Source: Octopus sinensis
Taxonomy: Eukaryota
Length of the DNA: 64,000 bases
Direction: 5' to 3'
Assembly (NCBI RefSeq): GCF_006345805.1
Contig: NC_042998.1
Coordinates: 97,774,001 to 97,838,000 of the forward strand
The notes under the pieces are model-generated. The model was not told the origin of the DNA. It saw only the letters and a list, made by a program, of their open reading frames with translations, and made no database searches. Positions 14,397 through 25,365 of this stretch are shown piece by piece. Both the position numbers and the translations under genes were made by a program. The stretch's first letter is position 1, and the number at the start of each line of letters is the position of its first letter.

Positions 14397-14447
14397 TGTT
14401 TTTTTTTCTTTCTTCCCTTCTTTCCTAAATCTAATTCCATTTCAGCT
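14397..14447 (+). repeat. 51-bp direct repeat, copy 2
   Basis: Identical to 12132-12182. Confidence 0.95.
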
Positions 14448-16723
14448 ATATCGGAATAAATCTCTCTAGCTTATGTTGTTTTGCTTCCATTCAGTCACTG
14501 CTTCCCATACATTTTGTCTTCTCATATTTCTTTCTCACTTATTTTTGTCTTTCTAATTTTATTTATTTTCCTTCTTTCCTATTTTGTTTCCATTTTTTCA
14601 GGTTTCCTTTTTAAAAATTTAGGAATTGGCCAACTTAATTCCAAACTCAGATTTCTGACCTTTTATCACATGTGAAGTGATCCTCCTTGGATAAGTTTTT
14701 ACATCTTCTAAGTTTGTCTATTTTAACCTCAGTTACACCTGCAATCAATCTTTCAGGTATGAATGTAAACATACAAGGTTAATCTAATGAGAAAAATTTG
14801 GAAAATTCTGGTTTTTACAGTCAGTGTAAGTGTACTGAGAATGAGAATGGTTTAACAAAATAGTCTTTTATGGAGTTGTGAGGTTCTTTGAGTCTAATAA
14901 AAACTACCTCACAACACAGAAATTACTTTAACCATTCTTATTTATTATAAGGTTACATCTATAACCACCTTTAAAACACTTTCTGGTTCTTAGATGCCTG
15001 TTGATGAATCCACTCTGTAACAATTCTTAGCTGTCTTTAAATTTAAACGAGTCCATATTTTATGTGACAGTAAACTTGTATGTTTTCTCTCTTCAATTTT
15101 GTTGGGATTTTTGGTAGGATTATGAAAGATATTTCTAATGCCAGATTATCAAAGCAATCAGTGACTGGGGTTATCAGCAACTCAAATATTCTGGTTTCTA
15201 ACACTTTCTCTCAACTATCAACATGTAAAACTGAACCGATGAAAAAACTCTGTGTAGACTAAAATTCATATCAACTTCTATAGGCTTCATAATGACCTTG
15301 ATCTCCCCTACAATCACCTACTAACTCACAACCCTTGAAGCCTCTTCTTCTTCAGAATATAAACCTGTGTTATGCTATACTATATTCCATATTCCGAACT
15401 ATATTCCATAAGAAGGCAGGATTGCTGAGTGGGAGATAAGCATAGTGCACGGAGTGGTAATGTAAAGAAGAGAAGAGATGTAGTTTGGTTTGTTGTGGTA
15501 GAGTATGTGAGAAGTTTTTTTTGTTAGGTGTGGACACACAGCACTTCTAGAACTCAATTTCTAGAAAAATAATAATGTCCATCTCCAACAGTTCATTGCA
15601 GGAGAGTTCACCATCACCAGTTTACCCTGAAGAAAGTTCAGCATGAGGAAAGTATCACCATGAGGAAAGTTGACTGAGAAAATATATCCATAGTATCTCA
15701 CCATTAATAGCTAAAATCTATTTTATTGAAAAAGAAAAAAATAATGGGAGAAAAATTGAAGTTGAAAAATCATGTCAAAAAATCGCATGGTGAACTTTCC
15801 CAGTGGTGAATTGATGACAGCGAGCTGACCAGACCATGATTCCACACATTACTAAAGCCTATAATTCTGTATCATACCCCCATGTGTAACAGAGACCAAC
15901 TACAATATCTGAAGGAAATCATTTATAGTTACAACTCCGGCTATGTATCTGCAAAGGAACCCTTGCAGCTTAACTACTTGGTCATAAATGCATCAGTTTG
16001 TCTGATCATGTGAATTACTCTTAGAATAATTCTCAAACAGAATTAGTATGACATAGGATGAGGATGTGGTTGCATTCTTGAATTACTGATACAATCCATC
16101 CAACAGGCTCCTGCACAATTTCCATTTATCAAATTTGACTCACAAAGCATAGATTGACTCAAGTCCATTGTAAAAGATGCTTACCCAAGATGCCACTTAG
16201 TGGGATTGAACCCTGGACCTTGTGATTGAGAAGCAAACCTCTTAAACCATTCAGTCATACTGCATCTAGTAACATCTATTAATAGAAACAGAAAATACAT
16301 AAACCAATAGTGGTTCCATTGCACAGGATGGTAGTCACATACCTCAGTTCTCTCAAAATATTAAATCATATGAAATATGAAATCCATTAAACCCAAATTA
16401 GCAACATTTTACTGGATTAGTATTGATCACAATCTTGGAGGTGATGTGAACAGTAATTGTGGGAATAATCCAAAAACACCTATCAACAACTAGTACATAT
16501 AGAGTTCCTTAAGGAGAATCCCTTAAGGACACAACCATTATTGTTTAGCATGACTCAACATGAAACTTTTTTTTTTTGTAATGCACGTTAGATTAAAAAG
16601 TGAGGTCTGCAGTTTAAAAAAGCAGACAAAAATTGCAAGCCACTAATTGTATCTTAACTAGGTTATATAAATAATAGTTTATACTGAAGTAAAGAAATAT
16701 ATGTTTTAATAATATGCTCATAG

Positions 16724-17135
16724 TCTTTACTCTTTACTCTTTTATTTGTTTCAGTCATGTGACTGTGGCTATGCTGGAGCACCGCGTTTAGTCGAGCAAA
16801 TCGACCCCAGGACTTATTCTTTGTAAGCCTAGTACCTATTCTATCGGTCTCCTTTGCTGAACTGCTAAGTTACAGGGATGTAAACACACCAGCATCGGTT
16901 GTCAAGCGATGTTGGGGGGACAAACACAGACACACAAACACATACACACATACACATATATATACATATATACGATGGGCTTCTTTCAGTTTTCGTCTAC
17001 CAAATCCACTCACAAGGCTTTGGTCGGCCTGAGGCTATAGTAGAAGACACTTGCCCAAGGTGCAACACAGTGGGACTGAACCTGGAACCATGTGGTTCGT
17101 AAGCAAGCTACATAACACACAGTCACTCCTACGCC
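16724..17135 (-). mobile_element. tRNA-headed SINE (family A), full length
   Basis: Colinear with 4213-4641 along its whole length. Confidence 0.85.
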
Positions 17136-17503
17136 TATAGCCACTCCTACGCATATGTGAAAAATAATAGCCAAAAATAGCATATTATAATAAAATAGTA
17201 TGGCTAAACTGAATTGTGAGTACATATGGGTGTGTCTGTTTGTTTATATCAACATTTACTCATTCCAAATTTATGGCTTTTGAGTTGTGCTGTTGTTGTT
17301 GAAATTTCTCATATCAATAATTTGTCCACTTGCTTCATACCTTCAAAGCCTTGTGAAATAAGAGGCTCCTTATTTGAAGAATAGATATGGGTTAGTGTCA
17401 GAAAGGGCATGCAGCTGTAAAACGTCTCTATAGCACATTTATCTAACTAATGTTAGCATGGAAAAACAAAAAAACCATAAGTCAAACAAATGAACTACTT
17501 TAA

Positions 17504-17723
17504 CTTTTTAGTATTTAAACTGGTTATAGCCAGCTAAAATATTCCACCTATTTCATGCTCAAACCAGCCATATCTGGTTTCTCACCCATACCCTACAATG
17601 TAATTTTAAAAACAAACAATCAGATCACTGAAATCTTGAAGCTAAGAGAAAATGCATGTTTAATTCGAAACAAAGTAAACAAGCAAGTATTACATATGGC
17701 AGAGTAATCTGAATGATAAAGGG
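17504..17723. mobile_element. piggyBac-type MITE (opposite orientation to 3937-4152)
   Basis: TTAA-CTTTTTAGTATT...AATGATAAAGGG-TTAA; interior is the reverse complement of 3937-4152. Confidence 0.7.
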
Positions 17724-17754
17724 TTAAAAGTTTCTGAATGAGAAGCATTTTTAA

Positions 17755-18250
17755 TGTGCAATGTTTCCTAATCTGTCATGAGTTGGACAGTTTGACAAGG
17801 ATCCAGCAAGCTGAGGGCTGTGTCTGGCCCCAGTGTCATTTTTGGCAGAATTTCTATGGCTGGAGGTCCTGCCTAATGCCAACCACTTTACAGAGTGTAC
17901 TGAATTCTTTTTACATGTCACTGGAATTTGTGAGGCTGCCATGAAAATTTGCCAGACATAAAAGAACTGAGGCAAAGGAAAGGGATAAAGTTCCCACTAA
18001 GAAGAAGTATTTGGGAGGGGAAGATGGAGATGGTTGGTTTTATACCGGGTGTTGAAAGGGTAAAGTATGCTAGAGGGACAAGCACTGGTGTCTTGCTATA
18101 TAGAGGATGCTCATGGCTGAAGGTGGTAAGAGAAAGATAGTTACGGGGTGCTGAGTAAACTCTCAAGGAGCAAGATGGTGAGCATAAGACAGTGGATCAT
18201 AGTAGGGAATGAGAGAGTGTGAATGCTTTCATAGGAGTATGAGTGAGGAG
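17755..18250 (-). mobile_element. RTE-type 3' end fragment
   Basis: Diverged reverse complement of the RTE 3' UTR motif block; similar to 12183-12600. Confidence 0.55.
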
Positions 18251-18394
18251 TAAACTGGTGAAGGTATTGGTGAGAGACGAGCAAAGGTGGGGTTGAAGAT
18301 AATGGGAAATATCAGTATGGAGAGGAGTAAGGTAGGAGATATAGGGAGTGGCTATTTGATATATGTTGGTTATTTTTGTAGCTAATTTCTTTAT

Positions 18395-18610
18395 TCTTTT
18401 CTACTCTGGGCACAAGGCCTAAAATTTTGGGGGAGGAGGCCAGTCGATTATATCGACCCCAGTATGCAACTGGTACTCAATTTATAGACCTTGAAAGGAT
18501 GAAAGGCAAAATCAACCTTGGCAGAATTTGAACTCGGAGCGTAAAGACAGGCAAAATACCACTAAGTATTTTGCCCAGCATGCTAATGTTTCTGCCAGCT
18601 TGCCACCTTA
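18395..18610 (-). mobile_element. tRNA-headed SINE (family B)
   Basis: The minus strand reads aaggtggcaagctggcagaaac..cgagttcaaattctgcc..gcctttcatcctttc..gtcgatataatcgactggcc..ggccttgtgccc. Further copies at about 23190-23340, 40310-40730, 54060-54260, 57590-57785 and 59400-59710. Confidence 0.8.
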
Positions 18611-19433
18611 GTTAATTTCATTATTGATATCAAGATAGCTATGAATGTGTGGTTAAGAAGTTTGTTGTGCAACCTCATGGTTTCAGGTTCAGTCCCAATG
18701 TGCATTATTTGGGTAAATATTGTGTAAATATTTTCTATTGTAGCCTTAGACTGATCAATAGCCTGTGAGTAGAATCAAACAGATAGAAACTGTGTGGAAA
18801 GTCATCATGTGTTGTCAAATCGTCCAACCCATGCTAGCATGGAGAGCGGACGTTAAACAATGATGATGATGATGATGTGTATGCATTTCTTTCATTAATG
18901 TGTATCTCTGAAGGATATGAATTTGAGAGAGAAAAAAAATTAGTCCTTTACAAAAGAGCTTCTTGAGGTATTTGTTCAGTATTGAGATAAGGACACTACC
19001 TTAACAGGATGTTGTCCCCCTACCTCCCAGAAATAGAGGGAATCAATGATTTCCTTGTTTGGAACCTGTAACACTAGTATTCACAAATGGTAATATAAAA
19101 TAAATAGATAAACAAAAGATCTTTTTCAGAAATATATATTAGATAAATTGTTTGTTGGGACTAAGTTACAAATGGGAAAAGAAATAGAAAAAGAAAGAAA
19201 ATGAAAGATATCGATGTGGTGAATATGACCTCAAGGAAAAACATTTTTAAAGAGGAAACTATAGAAAGTTCACTAACTTGCTCTGTCCTTACCATGGGAA
19301 ATTCCAGTTGAATAGTGTCCTAGTTTTAATATAATGTAACGCAGTTAACTGATATAAACAAAATGGTAGAAATTGTGAAAAATATATGGCACATGTATAT
19401 GTATGAAATATAGTATAAATATCGAATTTGTGG

Positions 19434-19434
<1 letters not shown>

Positions 19435-19481
<47 letters not shown>

Positions 19482-19990
19482 TACTTTTAATCTGCATGTT
19501 AGTCACAATTATTCGCCGAGACACACTCAGCGTCCTAGGGCAGATGTATGACTGAAAGCTTAGGGAGGGCAAGTGGTAGGGGCAGTAGTGAAATATCTTC
19601 ATGTAATACAACACAGACATTTAAATTGATAGGGTTTTCCTAAGGATGTGGACAGTACTTGTCAGCACAATCTTATGGATTTCTCTGAGACATGGTTCTC
19701 CTGGGATATTATCTGGATGTTTCTGACATCCCTTTCTTATACCAAGGGCATCTACAATAACAGGAACAGTACTCACTTTAAGATGCCACATCTTTTCTAT
19801 TTCTATTTCCAGGTCCTTATATTTACTTAATTTGTCAAATTCTTTTACAGATATATTTTTATCAGTGGGAACACTTACATCTATTAGTCTACAAGTATTT
19901 TCTTCTCTCTTTAATGACTATGTCTGGTTGATTATCCTGGATATTCATGTCAGTGTTGACTGGAAAATCCCAGAGGATAGTGACATTTTT
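19435..19990 (-). mobile_element. 5'-truncated R4/Dong-type non-LTR retrotransposon (restriction-like endonuclease C-terminus, 3' UTR, (TAA)n)
   Basis: The minus strand reads ILWDFPVNTDMNIQDNQPDIVIKE..IDVSVPTDKNISVKEFDKLSKYKDLEIEIEKMWHLK..VPVIV.ALG..IPGEPCLREIHKIVLTSTVHILRKTLSI with the stop at 19621-19623. This is the PD..D..K motif of RLE-type LINEs. The element ends in a (TAA)n tract at 19435-19481. Confidence 0.85.
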
Positions 19991-20129
19991 ACCTGCCACT
20001 GGACTGGCTCCTGTGCAGGTGGCACATAAAAAACACCATTTGAGCATGGCCATTACCAGTACCTCCTGACTGGCACTCATGCTGGTGGCATGTAAAAGCA
20101 TCCACTACACTCTCAGAGGGGTTGGCATT

Positions 20130-20640
20130 GGGAAAGGCTTCCAGCTGTAGAAACTCTTATCTGTCTCCTCTTCTATCTTTTTTCTTGTCAAAGACAATAT
20201 TCCTCCAGCGTTTGCTACCTTACCTCATCTGGTCTAACGGTCCTCCATGTTTGTTTTTGCTTGGTTTGTTGTATGTCTCCACTGTCCTGTTTTTGTTACC
20301 AACTTTGACCCACAGCAAATCCTAAATTTTATTTTGGTTCGTGGGTGCAACTGCCTTTTGAAGTCTCATAATGTCATTAATTGCTCAAAATGAGGAGTTG
20401 ATGGACAGCCAACAACTGATGAAGGGTCGTTCTTTATGTTACTTGTCTTGTTTTCCATTTTTTTCTCTCGTTGTTCGCATACCAAAGTTTGTCTTCGTAT
20501 TTCTTGTTGTTTATGTTTTGTGATGTCCTGTACCCATATGTGCATATATGTATATACATATATGTATGTATATATGCATATATATATGTATTATTTATAT
20601 TATTATATAATTGAACACCACGCATCCATTTCCAAGTAAC
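20130..20640 (+). repeat. Interspersed repeat, unclassified (family X)
   Basis: Homologous to the reverse complement of 31255-31600 (acagccaacaactgatgaagggtcgttctttatgtta) and to 31625-31830 (attgaa.accacgcatcc..ttccaagtaa). Confidence 0.7.
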
Positions 20641-20675
20641 TATATATATATATTATACTTTATACAGATAAAAAA

Positions 20676-20996
20676 GACTCCGCCAGTTACGACGACGAGG
20701 GTCCCAGCTGATACGATCAGCGGAACAGCTTGCTCGTGAAATTAACGTGCAAATGGCTGAGCATTCCACAGGCACGTGTACCCTTAACGTAGTTCTCGGG
20801 GATAATCAGCGTGACACAGAGAGTGACAAGGCTGACCCTTTGAAATACAAGTACAACTCATTTTTGCCAGCTGAGTGGACTGGAGCAACGTGAAATAAAG
20901 TGTCTTGCTCAAGGACACAACGCGTCGCCGGGAATCGAACTCACAACCTTACGATCATGAGCCGAATGCCCTAACCACTAAGCCACGCGCCCTCAC
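20676..20996 (-). mobile_element. tRNA-headed SINE (family C), full length
   Basis: The minus-strand head GGCGCGTGGCTTAGTGGTTAGGGCATTCGGCTCATGATCGTAAGGTTGTGAGTTCGATTCCCGG has A and B boxes, followed by gtgtccttgagcaagacact. Confidence 0.85.
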
Positions 20997-21129
20997 ATAC
21001 ATATATATATATATATATGTACTCACACTCACACACACACACATACATGCACACAGACACACACACACTCTTACACACATGTTTTATGTAGAAAAAATAT
21101 TGGGGCAAGTTTGAAAATGCATCAAGTTT

Positions 21130-21161
<32 letters not shown>

Positions 21162-21191
21162 TATATATAAATAACAATTTTTATTATGTAT

Positions 21192-21570
21192 ATAATTATA
21201 AAAATATAATTATCGTTAAGGGCTACTGGAAATAACCATCACCACTGCTAGAAGTAGGTGTCAAATACTGACAATCCACTCTAAAATTTGTTTTCCATAT
21301 TCAACCACAGGTATGAACGCAAAGGAATGTACAAGAAAATACATACGTGCTCGTTCCCTCATGTTCGTACCTGTGGTTGATTATAGAGAAGAAATTTTTG
21401 AGTGGATTATAGGTATTTGACATCTACTTCTAGCATTGGCAATGGTCATTTCCAGTATCCCTTAACTAAAATTATATTTTTATAATAAAAATTAATATTG
21501 ACATCTACTTCTAGCATTGGCAATTGTCATTTCCAGTAGCCCTGAACTATAATTATATTTTTATAATTAG
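21192..21570. repeat. Fold-back/MITE-like element with imperfect ~125-bp inverted arms and a tandemly duplicated right end
   Basis: 21192-21318 is the imperfect reverse complement of about 21360-21485; 21497-21570 repeats 21417-21490. Confidence 0.75.
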
Positions 21571-21869
21571 ATAAAGAAAAAAATTAATGTTACCTATACA
21601 GTCATTTTATGTAATAGGCCACTGGTATAATCATTTTTATGATTATATCCTTATCATATAAATATATACGTGTGTGTGTATATATATATATATACATATG
21701 TATATAAATTATGAAAAAAAGGCTTAGAATTTCTGCTCATTCCCCCGATTTCAATTAATGTGTATCAGTGAAAATTTGTAGTGGTAGTCATCTTCTGACA
21801 GTATTATTTTTAACCATGCTGGAACTACTTGCAGCACCCTTAATTAGTAATTGGTATATATATATATAT

Positions 21870-21879
<10 letters not shown>

Positions 21880-21902
<23 letters not shown>

Positions 21903-22250
21903 GTTTAACGTCTGTTCTCCATGCTAGCATGGGTTGGACGGTTCGACCGGGGATCTGGGAAGCCTGAAGGCTGCACCAGGCTCCAGTCTTATCTGGCAAT
22001 GTTTCTACAGCTGGATGCCCTTCCTAATGCCAACCACTACATATATATATGTAATGCATGTATGTATCATCATCATCGTTTAACATCCATTTTCCATGCT
22101 GGCATGGGTTCGACAGTTTGACTGAGGATTGGCAAGCCAGTAGGCTGCACCAGGCGTCAATCTGATCTGGCAATGTTTCTGCAACTAGATGCCCTTCTTA
22201 ATGCCAACCACTCTGAGAGTGTAGTGGGTGCTTTTTACATGCCACCGTAT
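21880..22250 (-). mobile_element. Two tandem RTE 3' end fragments with (GAT)n tails
   Basis: (CAT)n followed by cgtttaacgtctgttctccatgctagcatgggttggacgg...gatgcccttcctaatgccaaccac, present twice. Confidence 0.8.
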
Positions 22251-22441
22251 ATATATGTGTGTGTGTGTGTGTGTGCGTCATGTGTAATTGAAACAGGTTT
22301 AACTTTTTGATTTAAGAGGGAAATCATTTTATTCCATGTATTTGTATGTATGAAAATAAAAATATAAAAAACACACATACATATATGCATTTACACACAT
22401 GCTTTAAGTAGGAAAATACTGGGACAAGTTTGAAAATGCAT

Positions 22442-22508
<67 letters not shown>

Positions 22509-23748
22509 TGTGTAATTAAAACAGGTCTAACTTCTTGACATAAGAGGGAAATCGTTTTATTCTATGTATTTGTATGTATGAAAATATGTATGTATGTATG
22601 GTATGTATGTATGTATAAAGACATACATACATACACACACGCATATGTAAAATGAAAATATACAATTTAAAAATAACAAAGATTTTGATTTCTCTTATTA
22701 AGTAGGTTAAGATGGTTGAATGGAGACCAAGAAATTATTGATTTTTTTTCCCTCTTTGACTGAGTATAATACCACTTTTTGCAGAAAAATGGATCTAGTC
22801 AAATGAGCTGATTCAAACTATTCATTAATTGTCTTATTTTATCAACCTTGGAAAAATGGAAGCTGAATCTGAACTTGCTGAAGCAGTTAAATAAATTGAA
22901 TTTGAGCCAATGAAAGAGCGTCTATGTGATTGTGCAACCAGCTAGAAATGGCAGCCAAATATTCCTTGTATTACATTTAACAAGCTTTAAAATGAAGAAG
23001 GAAACATTGAATAACGTCGTCCTAGATACACAATGCCTGAAAAAATTAAAGATAGGATGATCATGAGTTTGAATTTCCTTTTTTGTTTATCATAGGCTTT
23101 CGGAATTGAGGCTGACACAGGGCTAAACGCAATAATATTTAAAAGCATTATGAATATCAATTTCATCTGGGCTGTCTCAGCAGCATTGTAGTTCTCCCGC
23201 GGCAGTTGACTTTGCCATTCATCCTTCCAGGGTTGATAAATTAAGTACCAGTTACACACTGGGGTCGATGTAATTGTCTTAATCCCTTTGTCTGTCCTTG
23301 TTTGTCCCCTCTATGTTTGACTCCTTGGGGGCAATAAAGAAAAGAAGTATTTGCTTCTTAACAGCAAGTCATTGTGTACATAGATGAGAATTGAGCCCCT
23401 AGATTTATGATACTCCTGATAACTACCTAGTGTATACATACCTTGAAACAGCACTAGTTTCACTGACATTCATAACATAAAGTTATATGGCAAAATTATA
23501 AGTGTATCCTAATGTATTCTTGTCTTCAAATTGAAATAGAAGAATATATTATATTTTGTTAGTAATTGACATATATTACATTAATTACCTTAGGTTAAGA
23601 TTTTGAATAGAATGCCTTCTGGTATATGATTTAATTCTCTGTATATGTGTGTATGTGTGTGTGTGTTCATACATGTGTGTGTATATGTGTGTGTGTTTGT
23701 GTATACATACGTACATATATTTTTATATATATATAATATAAATAATAT

Positions 23749-23804
<56 letters not shown>

Positions 23805-23877
23805 ATGTATATATGCATATATACATATGTATATATATATACATACATCTACACGTATATATATATATATATATATA

Positions 23878-25365
23878 CTTTATTTTAAGCAGCAGAAAAT
23901 TCAACAAAATCTGTTACTCTGAGTTTCTCGTTGCCGTTCATCAGACAGTTTTTGCTAGAATGGAACTTATATATTAATTCAATCTATACTCTTACAAACG
24001 CTACACCTTTAAAAAGAAATGGACTTGTTTGATTGGCCCTTTAGAAAAAACGGTCAATCTTCGAGCGATAAACAAAAAGGTCAAAAATATATGTATATAT
24101 ATATAAAAAAACTTATAAAAATTATAAAAATTATAAAATCCGAGGAAAAAACCGAGGAAAAAACCTATTGCCGTTAATGAAGACAGTACAAATTAATGCA
24201 TAGAAATTAAACCTGTTATAAATACTGCAATACATATTTATATTAAAATCCACATATATATATCAACATACACAAAAGGATGCGCGTAAACGCCATACAT
24301 ACATATACAGACGTATGAATATGAATCTAAATTATACACATAAAAGTATGTGTACATATATTCACGCAAACCGTCTCGCACGCAAGCTAAAATTCATCTA
24401 TGTAGCAATTCTCATATACTGAGCAAGGAGGGGGAACGAAAGAAAGGGAAAGAGAGAAAAAGGAACGAAAGAGGGGTGGGGGGGAAACTTGTAGCGATGT
24501 TATTGACATCTATAGAGGCCAGTATACATACACAAGTTTGAATTGATACATATACATACCGTCGTGTGTATGCGTGCTTAAGCACAAGCATACTTTCACT
24601 TACACATACACAGATACGCATGCTTACAAATACATATGCTTTGCTATACATATACTTATATAAACATTCTAATTTTGACAACATTGCTTTTTTTTAAAAA
24701 AAACATTGCTTTTAAAAAATGGGTGCATTAATAAAAATATATACGAAAGACATATAAAATAAAATATAACATCCTATTTTGGGTCATTTATAAATAATCA
24801 AGGTAATATAAATAATCAAGGTAATCCTATGCAATACAATAACATGAAAACAAAGTTTGTAGGTTTTTCCTAATATATATGTAGAAACAATAAGACTTTG
24901 CTATAGATCCGTCGTAGCGCTCAAGAGTCAAAATCAAAATCAAAAATCAAAATACAAAATATATACTCTATCCATATGGTATATTTATATTCGACATTTT
25001 AAATTTAGCCGCGTGCCTACATAAGTTCATTAACTCACTTCTTTGATTCAAAGAATTATTGTCTTTGAATAAGATGTGCATTTTCTCTAATAAGCAAAGC
25101 TTGCACTTGAAATTATATTTGTAAGCTCCATGCCTGTATGGTGCCGCCCTGTCCAGAATGCTCCATGTCACGTTGAAAGGTGGGGCTTCCTTTTCTTTTA
25201 GTTCCCAGACATATTTTGCTAGGCTGGTTTTCTTCCTATTCTCTGGGTATTTAAAAGAATTCTTATGAGAATAAAATCTTGTTTTAAATGAATTTTCTGA
25301 AGCCCCTGTGTATGTCTTGTATTCCGATGAGCCTTCCACTTGCACCTTGGCTCTATAAACTACTC
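23878..25365 (-). repeat. Downstream pseudo-LTR (1488 bp), direct repeat of 27233-28725
   Basis: Line-by-line identity with 27233-28725 apart from about ten small differences seen by eye, all in the non-coding part. Confidence 0.95.
23911..23948 (-). ncRNA. Minimal type I hammerhead ribozyme (PLE-associated), copy 1
   Basis: Minus strand: CUGU-CUGAUGA-A-CG[GCAA]CG-A-GAAA-CUC[A]GAG-UA/ACAG. Both core boxes are intact; stem I is CUGU/ACAG; stem II closes a GNRA loop; stem III is near-palindromic; cleavage triplet GUA. Confidence 0.85.
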
